Source: an uncultured Clostridia bacterium | Lineage (GTDB): Bacteria; Bacillota; Clostridia; Oscillospirales; Oscillospiraceae | Length of the DNA: 64,000 nt | Assembly (NCBI GenBank): GCA_945876285.1 | Contig: CAMCNO010000009.1 | Location: 1,875 to 65,874, forward strand | Direction of reading: 5' to 3' | Part shown: positions 29,122 through 38,508 of the stretch, piece by piece | Position numbering within the stretch: position 1 is the first letter of the stretch | Layout: each line of letters starts with the position of its first letter | Program-made: the position numbers and the translations under genes | Notes under the pieces: generated by a model | Told to the model about the DNA's origin: nothing | The model's database searches: none | The model's input: only the letters and a program-made list of their open reading frames with translations

Positions 29122-29179
29122 GCATTTTTCCGTCAGTGTGCTATACTGCTGTCAAGACAACCATCAAGGAGGGGTCTCC

Positions 29180-29692
29180 ATGCGCGCGGAAGAACGCCGT
29201 CAGGCCATTTGCGACAGTTTACAGGCAGCCAGCCAGCCCATCAGCGCGGCGACGCTGGCGGCCCGGTTCTCCGTCAGCCGCCAGGTCATCGTGGGCGACA
29301 TCGCCCTGCTGCGGGCGGCGGGTGCGGACATCTCCGCCACGCCCCGGGGCTACGTCATCCAGAAATCCCCCTCCGGCCTCCTCCGGCAGGTAGCCTGCCG
29401 CCACAGCGGCGCGGATATGGAAGCGGAGCTGAACGCCATGGTGGACCAGGGCTGCACGGTGCTGGACGTCATTGTGGACCATCCCATCTACGGCCAGCTC
29501 ACCGGCCCCCTGCAGCTCTCTACCCGCTACGACGTGGCCCAGTTCATCGCCCGCTGCGCCCAGGCCGACGCCCAACCCCTCTCCAATCTGACGGAGGGTA
29601 TCCACCTCCACACCCTCTCCTGCCCCAGCGAGGACGCCTTCCGGCGGGTTCGGACTGCTCTCCACGCCATGGGCGTGCTTTTAGAGGGCTGA
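29180..29692 (+). CDS. niaR: Niacin-responsive repressor NiaR (HTH + 3H domain)
   Basis: FSVSRQVIVGDIALLR HTH, ATPRGY, DVIVDHPIYG, TEGIHLHT. Confidence 0.9.
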   Translation: MRAEERRQAICDSLQAASQPISAATLAARFSVSRQVIVGDIALLRAAGADISATPRGYVIQKSPSGLLRQVACRHSGADMEAELNAMVDQGCTVLDVIVDHPIYGQLTGPLQLSTRYDVAQFIARCAQADAQPLSNLTEGIHLHTLSCPSEDAFRRVRTALHAMGVLLEG

Positions 29693-29701
29693 AACTGGCT
29701 G

Positions 29702-29760
29702 TTGACAACCCAGGCTTTTCCGTGTATAGTGTGGTAGACAGGTGTCAAGACACCTGTCTA
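29702..29760 (+). promoter_or_regulatory. sigma-A promoter with NiaR operator
   Basis: TTGACA-17-TATAGT then palindrome TAGACAGGTGTC-AA-GACACCTGTCTA (29735-29760); core TGTCAAGACA also at 29150-29159 just after the niaR -10. Confidence 0.85.
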
Positions 29761-29794
29761 CCATTTATATTTGCAAAGGAAACAGGTGCTCCCC

Positions 29795-30868
29795 ATGGAA
29801 AACGTCAAAGCATTCTTAAAACGCAAAAACATCGTCTTCTCCGCCAAGCGGTACGGCATCGACGCTCTGGGCGCCATGGCCCAGGGCCTGTTCTGCTCCC
29901 TGCTCATCGGCACCATCATCAAGACCCTGGGCCTCCAGCTAGGCGTCCAGTATCTGACTGACATCGGCGCCTACGCCATGTCTGTCTCCGGCCCCGCCAT
30001 GGCTGTGGCCATCGGCTACGCCCTGAAAGCCGACCCCATGGTGCTGTTCTCCCTGGCCGCCGTGGGCTGGGCCGCCAACGCTGAGGGCGGCGCGGGCGGA
30101 CCTTTGGCGGTGCTCATTATCGCCATTGTGGCCGCCGAGTGCGGCAAGGCCGTCAGCAAGGAGACGAAAGTGGACATCCTGGTGACCCCCGCCGTCACCA
30201 TCCTGGTGGGCGTGGCCCTGGCGAAGCTCATCGCGCCGCCCATCGGCACCGCCGCCAGCGCCTTCGGCATCATCATCGACAACGCCACCAAGCTCCAGCC
30301 CTTCTGGATGGGCATTGCCGTTTCTGTGTTGGTGGGCGTGGCGCTGACGCTGCCCATCTCCTCCGCCGCCATCTGCTCCGTGCTGGGCCTGACGGGTCTC
30401 GCCGGCGGCGCCGCCGTGGCGGGATGCTGTGCCCAGATGGTGGGCTTCGCCGTCATGAGCTTTAAGGAGAACCGCTGGGGCGGTCTGGTGAGCCAGGGCC
30501 TGGGCACCTCCATGCTGCAGATGCCCAACATCGTGAAGAACCCCCGGATCTGGATCGGCCCCACCCTGGCCTCCGCCATCACCGGCCCCATCGCCACCTG
30601 CGTGTTCAAGCTGCAGATGAACGGCGCCCCCATCAACTCCGGCATGGGCACCTGCGGCCTGTGCGGCCAGATCGGCGTCTGGACGGGCTGGTTAGCGCCC
30701 AGCGAGGCCGCTGTTGCCAGAGGCGCCGCCGCCATCACCCCCACCGCCTTTGACTGGCTGGGGCTGGTGCTGATCTGCTTCGTCCTCCCCGCCATTCTGG
30801 CCCCGGCCATCAACCAGGTGTGCCGCAAGCTGGGCTGGGTGAAGGACGGCGACCTGACCCTCTCCTGA
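29795..30868 (+). CDS. PTS EIIC-like (EIIC_2/PfoR-type) membrane protein; predicted niacin transporter (NiaY-like)
   Basis: MAQGLFCSLLIG, LTLPISSAAI, GLGTSMLQMPNI, SGMGTCGL; no EIIA/EIIB nearby; NiaR operator upstream. Confidence 0.75.
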   Translation: MENVKAFLKRKNIVFSAKRYGIDALGAMAQGLFCSLLIGTIIKTLGLQLGVQYLTDIGAYAMSVSGPAMAVAIGYALKADPMVLFSLAAVGWAANAEGGAGGPLAVLIIAIVAAECGKAVSKETKVDILVTPAVTILVGVALAKLIAPPIGTAASAFGIIIDNATKLQPFWMGIAVSVLVGVALTLPISSAAICSVLGLTGLAGGAAVAGCCAQMVGFAVMSFKENRWGGLVSQGLGTSMLQMPNIVKNPRIWIGPTLASAITGPIATCVFKLQMNGAPINSGMGTCGLCGQIGVWTGWLAPSEAAVARGAAAITPTAFDWLGLVLICFVLPAILAPAINQVCRKLGWVKDGDLTLS

Positions 30869-30880
30869 AATGAATAAAGA

Positions 30881-30916
30881 GGGGAACCGCTGCAAAATTG
30901 CAGCGGTTCCTTTTTA
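30881..30916. terminator. Terminator between convergent genes
   Basis: GGAACCGCTGCAA-AA-TTGCAGCGGTTCCTTTTT. Confidence 0.75.
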
Positions 30917-32113
30917 TTCTGCCCGCAGCGTGTCCCGGATGTTGCTGTCAAAGTAGGCCACCGGGTTCTGGGCCTCGCCGTCCTGCCGCACCTCGAAGTG
31001 GAGGTGGGGCCCGGTGGACATCCCCGTGGAGCCCACGGCGGCGATCATTTCCCCCGCTTTCACAGTGTCGCCCTCTTTCACGTCCACGTTCCGGCAGTGG
31101 GCGTACAGGGTGGTCAGGCCGTCCCCGTGGTCCAGAATGAGGTAATTGCCCTTGGCCGAGTCAAACCCCGTCTCTGTCACGGTGCCGTCCGCCGCTGCCA
31201 GAATGACCGTCCCCTGGTCGGCAGGGATGTCAATGCCGTTGTGGGTCTTGCCGTTGATGGTGCCATAGGGATTGCCCTTCCACACCGTCCAGCTGTCCTG
31301 CACGGGCCACTGGAGCCAGCGGCTCTCCATCCGGGCGGCGTATAGTCCCGGAATATCCGCCTGTTCATCCCCCGCCAGCCCCGGTGCCAGCATCACAGTA
31401 CCGTCCTCGCTTTGGAAAGCCCGAAGCTTTTCCTGTGTCAGGAGATACCGCTCCGTCCGCTCCGTCCCGTCAGCAAAGACGGCTGTCACCTGTAATTCCA
31501 CGCCGTCAAAATCTACCTTTTCACCGCCTGGACGGAACGCCTCCGGCGGCATCCAGAGACCGTAGCTGACAGCAGGGTCGTAGGGCTCCGTGGCACTGTT
31601 TCCCAACGGCTCCGGCGCTCCTTCCGCTCCCCTGCGGTACAGGCCGCCCCGGTCGATGGACAGCTTGACCATCCGAATACCGTCACCGCTGATCTGGAAG
31701 CGGTAGTTGGTAAATTTGCCATGTTCCGCAGTCTCCTGGTCCAGCACAGTGCAGGCGAATTCCGTGTTTTTTGACGCGGCCAGGACCAGTCCGCCGTTGG
31801 CGTTGGGCCGGACGGTCTCCCCGGTGTCGGCGGCATAGGCCGTCAGGCCGAAGGCGTAGTCCAGCGTTATCACAGGGCTTCCTCCCGGCTGTTCCCCGCT
31901 CTTTTCAACGGGCCGCAGATGGACAGTCCCCAGCACCAGGGCCAGAGCGCAGGCGGCACACACCGCCCCCCGCAGGATAGGCTTCCAATTCCGTTTTGCC
32001 AGGCGCTTGGGACCCGCTTGCTCCACCCGCTGCCGCCGGGCCGCGCACAGCACCTTTGTCTCCAGCTCCTCGGGAACCGAAATCTCCTCCATCAGCTTGC
32101 AATAGTTATTCAT
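30914..32113 (-). CDS. Anti-sigma-like membrane protein with C-terminal M23 metallopeptidase domain
   Basis: Short cytoplasmic N-terminus, one TM (GAVCAACALALVLG), M23 motifs HNGID, TLYAH, STGPHLHF; overlaps the sigma gene stop. Confidence 0.8.
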   Translation of the reverse strand: MNNYCKLMEEISVPEELETKVLCAARRQRVEQAGPKRLAKRNWKPILRGAVCAACALALVLGTVHLRPVEKSGEQPGGSPVITLDYAFGLTAYAADTGETVRPNANGGLVLAASKNTEFACTVLDQETAEHGKFTNYRFQISGDGIRMVKLSIDRGGLYRRGAEGAPEPLGNSATEPYDPAVSYGLWMPPEAFRPGGEKVDFDGVELQVTAVFADGTERTERYLLTQEKLRAFQSEDGTVMLAPGLAGDEQADIPGLYAARMESRWLQWPVQDSWTVWKGNPYGTINGKTHNGIDIPADQGTVILAAADGTVTETGFDSAKGNYLILDHGDGLTTLYAHCRNVDVKEGDTVKAGEMIAAVGSTGMSTGPHLHFEVRQDGEAQNPVAYFDSNIRDTLRAE

Positions 32114-32585
32114 CTTCGTTACCTCCCAACAGGTCTTTCAGCTTCAGCCGTGCCCGGTGGAGCCGGGTCCGTACCGTGGCCGCGGGGACCCCCAGCAGCG
32201 CGGCGATCTCCTCGGTAGAGTACCCCTCGGCGTAGTGCAGGTGCACCACCGTCCGCAGCTTCTCCGGCAGCCGGGCCACCGTGTCCCAGAGTTCTCCCGC
32301 CCTGTCATCCACGGGCCGGGCCAGCTCCGGGATGTCCTCCAGCGCCAGTACCGGACGCCGCAGGCGGAAGCGGTGGATATCCGTACAGCGGTTCACCGTG
32401 GCCCGCAGAAGCCACGCCCGGGTGCGCTCACTGTCCCAGTGCGCCGTCTCCTGTTCAAAAAGCCGCAGGAATACATCCTGATATACGTCCTCGGCGTCGG
32501 CGGTGTTCTGCGTCCGGCACAGTGCCAGCCGGTACACCGCCCCACCGTGGAGCCGCATGGCATTGCATAGGGCTTGTTCCGTCAT
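32106..32585 (-). CDS. ECF RNA polymerase sigma factor
   Basis: DAEDVYQDVF, AWLLRAT, LHYAEGYSTEEIA..TVRTRLHRAR; RBS AAAGGAGG. Confidence 0.9.
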   Translation of the reverse strand: MTEQALCNAMRLHGGAVYRLALCRTQNTADAEDVYQDVFLRLFEQETAHWDSERTRAWLLRATVNRCTDIHRFRLRRPVLALEDIPELARPVDDRAGELWDTVARLPEKLRTVVHLHYAEGYSTEEIAALLGVPAATVRTRLHRARLKLKDLLGGNEDE

Positions 32586-32702
32586 GCCATGCCTCCTTTC
32601 CTCATTCTGAAAAGTGCTTTTCACTTTGAACACGCCTGTTGGCAGAAAAATGTTCCCTTCTTCAAAAAAATATCCCACCGGAAGTTCCGATGGGATACTT
32701 TC

Positions 32703-32906
32703 TCACTGCTCTTTGATGCCGTAAATCTCAAACCGGCCGATCAGGTTCTGGACTGTCAGCTTCTGGGCCAGAAGCTGCTGATAGGTGACTCCCTTGTTCT
32801 TTCCGGAGGCCCGGAGCTTCTCCATATCAGCCAGCACCTTGTCCCGTTCTTTCAGCAAATCGGCGTACATGCGGTCATAGGCCGCAAGGCGTTCCTGCTC
32901 TGTCAT
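32703..32906 (-). CDS. Small hypothetical helical protein (67 aa), coupled to ychF
   Basis: Start 1 nt after the ychF stop; followed by hairpin TATCCCA..TGGGATA and U-run on the minus strand. Confidence 0.7.
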   Translation of the reverse strand: MTEQERLAAYDRMYADLLKERDKVLADMEKLRASGKNKGVTYQQLLAQKLTVQNLIGRFEIYGIKEQ

Positions 32907-32907
32907 A

Positions 32908-34017
32908 TCAAACGTTGAACCGGAAGTAGATCATATCGCCGTCCTGGACGACGTAGTCCTTGCCCTCGCTGCGGAGCAGGCCCTTTTCCTTGGCGGCGTT
33001 GACGCTGCCGCACTTCATCATGTCGTCGTAGGCGATGACTTCGGCGCGGATGAAGCCCCGCTCGATGTCGGTGTGGATCTTGCCGGCGGCCTTGGGAGCC
33101 TTGGTGCCCTTCTTGATGGTCCAGGCACGGCATTCGTCCTTGCCGTAGGTCAGGAAGGAGATGAGGCCCAGCAGCGCGTAGGAGCACTTGATGAGGCGGT
33201 CCAGGCCGGACTCCTGCACGCCCAGTTCCTCCAGGAACATCTGCTTCTCCTCGCCCTCCAGCTCGGCGATGTCCTGCTCCAGCTTGGCGCAGATGGGCAG
33301 CACCTGGGCGCCCTCCTTCTCCGCCAGGGCCTTCACCTGCTGGTAATACTGGTTGCCGTCCAGGTCAGTGAAGCCGTCCTCGTCGGTGTTGGCGGCGTAG
33401 ATGATGGGCTTCAGGCTCAGCAGGTCGGAGGTCGCGATCAGGGCCATGTCGTCCTCGTCGCACTCGTAGGTCCGGGCGGACTTGCCCGCGTTCAAATGTT
33501 CGGCCAGGCCCTTGAACACGTCCACCTCATGGAGGAACTTCTTGTCACCCTTGGCGGCCTTCTGGGCCTTCTCAATGCGGCGGTTCACCATCTCCAGGTC
33601 CGCCATGATCAGCTCCAGGTCAATGGTCTCAATGTCCCCCAGGGGGTCCACGGGCACGTTGGTGCCGGCGTCGGCCACCACGTGCATGATGTTCTCGTCG
33701 TCAAAGCAGCGGACCACATGGACGATGGCGTCGGTCTCCCGGATGTTGGCCAGGAACTTGTTGCCAAGACCCGCGCCCTGGCTGGCGCCCTTCACCAGAC
33801 CCGCGATGTCCACAAACTCGATGACGGCGGGGGTCTTCTTGTCGGGCTCATACATCTCGGCCAGCTTGTCCAGCCGCTCGTCGGGCACAGCCACCATGCC
33901 CACGTTGGGGTCGATGGTGCAGAAGGGGTAGTTAGCACTCTCAGCGCCGGCGTTGGTGATGGCGTTAAACAGGGTCGATTTACCCACATTGGGCAGACCC
34001 ACAATGCCTAATTTCAT
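32908..34017 (-). CDS. ychF: Redox-regulated ATPase YchF
   Basis: GLPNVGKSTLFN, ANYPFCTI, DIAGLV, AAGKIHTD, YVVQDGD. Confidence 0.96.
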   Translation of the reverse strand: MKLGIVGLPNVGKSTLFNAITNAGAESANYPFCTIDPNVGMVAVPDERLDKLAEMYEPDKKTPAVIEFVDIAGLVKGASQGAGLGNKFLANIRETDAIVHVVRCFDDENIMHVVADAGTNVPVDPLGDIETIDLELIMADLEMVNRRIEKAQKAAKGDKKFLHEVDVFKGLAEHLNAGKSARTYECDEDDMALIATSDLLSLKPIIYAANTDEDGFTDLDGNQYYQQVKALAEKEGAQVLPICAKLEQDIAELEGEEKQMFLEELGVQESGLDRLIKCSYALLGLISFLTYGKDECRAWTIKKGTKAPKAAGKIHTDIERGFIRAEVIAYDDMMKCGSVNAAKEKGLLRSEGKDYVVQDGDMIYFRFNV

Positions 34018-34109
34018 GTCAGCAAAAACTCCTTTGCCATATTTTCGACACAGTATTGTATCATTATAAAATAGAAAGTGCAAGCACGATTCTGCAAAGA
34101 CTATTCCGC

Positions 34110-34146
34110 AAAAGAAGCGCACTGCGTCTCCGCAGTGCGCTTTCTC
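34110..34146 (-). terminator. htrA terminator
   Basis: AAGCGCACTGCG-TCTC-CGCAGTGCGCTT; T-rich tail on the minus strand. Confidence 0.7.
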
Positions 34147-34241
34147 CATATATCTATCTGGTTCCCTCCGCGTCCGCCGCAAAGGCGGCCGTTTGCCTTG
34201 CCGCAGCGATTGCCGCGAAGCCGCCGTCAGACGCGGATGGG

Positions 34242-35663
34242 TCAGTTGCCGAACCGGTTGCCGAAGAAGTAGTCAAAGATGTCGTAGGGGTTGGTGTAGC
34301 CGTTGCCGTACTGGCCGTTATTGCTGCTGCCGCTGCTCTGGCTGGCCTCCTCACTCTGCTTGTCGGCAGGGACGGCGTCCCAGGTCAGCTCCACGCTGAT
34401 GGTCTGGCCGCCCCGGTAGACGGTGAGGGTGGAGGTGTCTCCGGCGGCGTACTGCTTCTTCACCGCCGTCAGGTCCTCCATGGTCTTAATGGTGTGGTCA
34501 TCCACCTTGGTGATGACGTCACCCATCTGGAGGCCCGCCTTCTGGGCGGCCTTGCCCTCCTCCACGGAGTAGACGAACACGCCCTCCTTGATGTCGTAGC
34601 GGTACTGGGCGGCCATCTGCTCCGTCATGGAGCCGCCGGTGATGCCCAGATACGGCTTGTTGGTGATATAGCCGTTGGTCATGATGTCCTGGATCATGGC
34701 GAACACGTCGTTGATGGGGATGGCGAAACCCAGGCCCTCCACGGAGCTGTTGGAATAGCTGGAATACTTGGCGGACACGATGCCCACCACCTCGCCGTAC
34801 TGGTTGAACATGGGGCCGCCGGAGTTGCCGGGGTTGATGGACGCATCGGTCTGGATCATGTTGAAGGGCGTGCCGGAGACGTTGATGGCCCGGTTCACGC
34901 TGGACACCATGCCGCCGCTCATAGAGAAGGTCAGCTCGCCCAGGGGGTTGCCCACCGCCAGCACATGGTCGCCCACGTTCAGCTTGTCGCTGTCGCCCAG
35001 GGTGACGGGCTGGAGGTCCGCGGCCTCCACCTTGATGACGGCAATATCATAGTCCTCGTCGCCGCCCACATACTTGGCCTCGTACTCATCGCCGTTGTAC
35101 ATGGTGACCTTCACGGTGTCGGCATTCTTCACCACATGGTAGTTGGTGACGATGAAGCCGTCCTTCGTCAGCACGAAGCCGCTGCCGGCGGAGGCGGTCT
35201 TCACCGGCTGGCCGAAGAAGTTGGTGCCGTTGGTGCCGGTGACATTGATGGATACCACGCTGTTCACACCCGCGGCGTAGACCTCCGCGTCGCTCATGTC
35301 GTTCTTGCCGTCCACGGTCTTGATGGCCACCGCCGTGGCGGGACGGCTGCTGACGTTCACCTCGGTGCCGCTGCCGCCGTTGCCCACGGCCCAGACCACG
35401 CCGCCGCCCACGGCGCCGCCCAGCAGGGCGCACACCAGGGCCAGGGCCGCGATTTTAAGGCCCATCCGATTCTTTTTCACAGGTTTCATCTCCTGAATGG
35501 GCGGCTGCTCCCGCCGCCCGGACTCAAAATGATTCAGCTGCTCGTCCACGGTGGGGCGGCTCTGCGCGTCGCCGGAAGCGGAGCGGGCGTCGTAGCGCTG
35601 TCCCGGCTCGCTGCCGTCCTTGCGGTATGTGTAATGATACAAATTCTGCTCATCGTTATACAT
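34242..35663 (-). CDS. htrA: HtrA-like serine protease (TM + trypsin + PDZ)
   Basis: TNYHV, DIAV, IQTDASINPGNSGG, C-terminal PDZ. Confidence 0.93.
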   Translation of the reverse strand: MYNDEQNLYHYTYRKDGSEPGQRYDARSASGDAQSRPTVDEQLNHFESGRREQPPIQEMKPVKKNRMGLKIAALALVCALLGGAVGGGVVWAVGNGGSGTEVNVSSRPATAVAIKTVDGKNDMSDAEVYAAGVNSVVSINVTGTNGTNFFGQPVKTASAGSGFVLTKDGFIVTNYHVVKNADTVKVTMYNGDEYEAKYVGGDEDYDIAVIKVEAADLQPVTLGDSDKLNVGDHVLAVGNPLGELTFSMSGGMVSSVNRAINVSGTPFNMIQTDASINPGNSGGPMFNQYGEVVGIVSAKYSSYSNSSVEGLGFAIPINDVFAMIQDIMTNGYITNKPYLGITGGSMTEQMAAQYRYDIKEGVFVYSVEEGKAAQKAGLQMGDVITKVDDHTIKTMEDLTAVKKQYAAGDTSTLTVYRGGQTISVELTWDAVPADKQSEEASQSSGSSNNGQYGNGYTNPYDIFDYFFGNRFGN

Positions 35664-35899
35664 GATATGTCTCCTCCTGTTAAACTATCCCTTTGCCAGT
35701 ATCATAACGGCAAACTGTGTCCAAATCATGAAGAATGTTTGTACGTGATTTAAACTTCTCTGAACTTTGGCTTTAGTATAGTCCGGCTATCTTAAAAATG
35801 TCTGAAAGAATTTTGAAGCATTTGTGAACCTGGATATTTTCCCGGCGGAGAATCTATGCTACAATAAATACCATTCAGAAAGCAAAGAGAGGAACCGCC

Positions 35900-37501
35900 G
35901 TGCTGAAGATCGAATCCATCAAGCTCTCCCCCGGACAGGGCATGGCCGTCTTGACGGCCGAAGCCGCCCGGCTCCTGCGGGTCCGGGAGAAGGACCTGTT
36001 ATCGCTGAAAGTCGTCCGCCGCAGCATCGACGCCCGCAAGGGCGAGGTATTCGTGGTCTACACCGTGGAAGCCGCGGTCAAGGACGAGACTGCCGTTTTG
36101 AAGCGCTGCCGGGACAAAAAAGTCACCCGTCTGGAGCGAAAGCCCGGCTATCTCCTGCCCGCCTCCCTGCCCGCGCCGGAAATCCCCCCGGTGGTGGTGG
36201 GCGCGGGACCTGCGGGTCTGTTTGCCGCCCTGGTGCTGGCCCGTGCTGGCCTGCGGCCCATCCTGCTGGAGCGGGGCCGTCCCGTGGAGCGGCGGAAGGC
36301 GGACGTGGACCGCTTCTGGTCCACCGGAGAATTAGACCTCACCAGCAACGTCCAGTTCGGCGAGGGCGGCGCCGGAGCCTTCTCCGACGGCAAGCTGAAC
36401 ACCGGGACGAAGGACCTCCGCCACCGCTTCATTCTGGAGACGCTGGTGTCCCACGGCGCCCCGGAGGACATCCTCATCGACGCCAAGCCCCATGTCGGCA
36501 CCGACTACCTCCACGTCACCCTCCAAAACCTTAGACGTGACCTGCTGGCTCTGGGGGCGGACATCCGCTTTGAAAGCCAACTCACCGACCTGACCATCGA
36601 AAACGGCGCATTGACTGCCATCACCGTCACCGGCCCCGGCGGCTCCTATGCCCTCCCCTGCCGCCATCTGGTGCTGTGCCCCGGCCACTCCGCCCGGGAC
36701 ACCTTTGAGATGCTGTACCACCGGGGCGTGCCCATGGAGGCCAAGCCCTTCGCCGTGGGCGTCCGCATTGAGCAGCGGCAGGCCGACTGCGACGCCGCCC
36801 AGTACAAGCAGTACGCAGGGCACCCCAGCCTACCCGTCTCCACCTATAAATTGTCCTGCCACCTGCCTAATGGACGCTCCGCCTTCTCCTTCTGCGTCTG
36901 CCCCGGCGGCGAAGTCGTCGCCGCCGCATCGGAGGAAAACCGGGTGGTCACCAACGGCATGAGCGAATTTGCCCGTGACAAGGAAAATATCAACGGCGCA
37001 TTGCTGGTGAACGTCACGCCGGAGGACTTCGGCGGCGACGGCCCTCTGGCGGGCATCGAATTCCAGCGAAAACTGGAAGACGCGGCCTACCGCTTAGGCG
37101 GCGGCCGCTACTTCGCCCCCGCCCAGCGGGTGGAGGATTTTCTCGCCCGCCGCCCCTCCACCGCCCCCGGCCGGGTGAATCCCAGCTACCGCCCCGGCGT
37201 CACCTGGGCGGATCTACACCAATGCCTGCCCCCCTTTATCACGGAAACCCTGGAGCAGGCCCTGCCCATTCTGGGGCAAAAGTTGGCTGGCTACGACCAG
37301 CCCGACGCGGTGCTGACCGCCGTGGAGAGCCGCAGCTCCTCCCCCGTCCGCATCCCCCGGGACGAGACCTGCCAGTCCGCCATCCGGGGTCTGTATCCCT
37401 GCGGCGAGGGCGCGGGCTACGCCGGCGGCATTCTCTCCGCCGCGGCGGACGGCATGCGCTGCGCCGAACAAATCTGTCAATTCATCTCACAGGAGGTTTG
37501 A
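35900..37501 (+). CDS. FAD-dependent oxidoreductase (uncharacterised family)
   Basis: VVGAGPAG, QFGEGGAGAFSDGKL, FCVCPGG, GEGAGYAGGI; GTG start. Confidence 0.85.
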   Translation: MLKIESIKLSPGQGMAVLTAEAARLLRVREKDLLSLKVVRRSIDARKGEVFVVYTVEAAVKDETAVLKRCRDKKVTRLERKPGYLLPASLPAPEIPPVVVGAGPAGLFAALVLARAGLRPILLERGRPVERRKADVDRFWSTGELDLTSNVQFGEGGAGAFSDGKLNTGTKDLRHRFILETLVSHGAPEDILIDAKPHVGTDYLHVTLQNLRRDLLALGADIRFESQLTDLTIENGALTAITVTGPGGSYALPCRHLVLCPGHSARDTFEMLYHRGVPMEAKPFAVGVRIEQRQADCDAAQYKQYAGHPSLPVSTYKLSCHLPNGRSAFSFCVCPGGEVVAAASEENRVVTNGMSEFARDKENINGALLVNVTPEDFGGDGPLAGIEFQRKLEDAAYRLGGGRYFAPAQRVEDFLARRPSTAPGRVNPSYRPGVTWADLHQCLPPFITETLEQALPILGQKLAGYDQPDAVLTAVESRSSSPVRIPRDETCQSAIRGLYPCGEGAGYAGGILSAAADGMRCAEQICQFISQEV

Positions 37502-37504
37502 TCA

Positions 37505-38476
37505 ATGAGCCGCAACATTTGCATTTATCAGGAATTTCTGACGGACGCCCACAAGGCGCAAATCCAGAAAACCGCCGAGGCGCTGGGCTTCACCCCCCAC
37601 TTCTTCACCCTCGACCAGTTTGAGGAGGCCAAGGCCTGCGTACAGGACTGCGAGGTGCTGTATGCCCACTCCCCGGAGCTGCTGCGCACCGCTCCTGCCA
37701 CCTTGAAGTGGTACTGCTGCTCCTTCGCGGGCGTGGACCCCTACTGCAAGGACCCGGCCATCTTCGCCAATCCCGACTGCGTGCTCACCAACTCCAACGT
37801 CTACGGCGTCACCATCGCCGAGCACGTCGTCATGGTGACGCTGATGCTGCTGCGGCGGATGCCGGAGTATGAGGAGGTGGTGCGGAACCGCAGCTGGAGC
37901 AACCAGCTTCCCATCCGCTCCATCCGGGACAACGCGTTCACCATCCTGGGCACCGGCAACATCGGCGTCAACGTGGCGGAGCGGGTGCGGGGCATGGGCG
38001 CCGCCAAAATCATCGGCCTGAGCCGCTCCGGCAAGCCCCATCCCGCCTTTGACGAGGTACATCCCATCGCCGACCTGGACCGTGTCCTGCCCGACACGAA
38101 AATCCTGGTCATGGCCCTCCCCGGCACGGCGGAGACCATTCACATCCTGAACCGGGCGCGCATCGCCCTGCTGCCCAAGGACGCCTACGTTATCAACGTG
38201 GGCCGGGGCACCGCCGTCGAGCAGGAGCCGCTGATCGAGGCCCTGAACGAGGGCCGAATCGCGGGCGCCGCCCTGGACGTGATGGACCCGGAGCCGCTGC
38301 CCGCCGACCATCCCCTGTGGAGCGCGAAGAATCTCATCCTGACCCCCCACGTCTCCGGCAACATGACCCTGGGCTACACCTGCGACACCAATGTGGCCAT
38401 GTTCTGCGAGGATTTGAAGAACTACGCCGCCGGAAAACCGCTCAACGGCTTCGTGGACCGCACGAAAGGCTATTGA
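37505..38476 (+). CDS. D-2-hydroxyacid dehydrogenase family
   Basis: GTGNIG, INVGRG, AALDV, EPLP, TPHVSG. Confidence 0.9.
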   Translation: MSRNICIYQEFLTDAHKAQIQKTAEALGFTPHFFTLDQFEEAKACVQDCEVLYAHSPELLRTAPATLKWYCCSFAGVDPYCKDPAIFANPDCVLTNSNVYGVTIAEHVVMVTLMLLRRMPEYEEVVRNRSWSNQLPIRSIRDNAFTILGTGNIGVNVAERVRGMGAAKIIGLSRSGKPHPAFDEVHPIADLDRVLPDTKILVMALPGTAETIHILNRARIALLPKDAYVINVGRGTAVEQEPLIEALNEGRIAGAALDVMDPEPLPADHPLWSAKNLILTPHVSGNMTLGYTCDTNVAMFCEDLKNYAAGKPLNGFVDRTKGY

Positions 38477-38508
38477 TTTTTCCATCCTACCATTTCAGGA
38501 GGTTTCAC

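Noticed and set aside
35700-35830. CssR-like response-regulator repeats upstream of htrA
   Set aside because: Only loose TTCA-type repeats in AT-rich DNA; cannot define a motif by eye.
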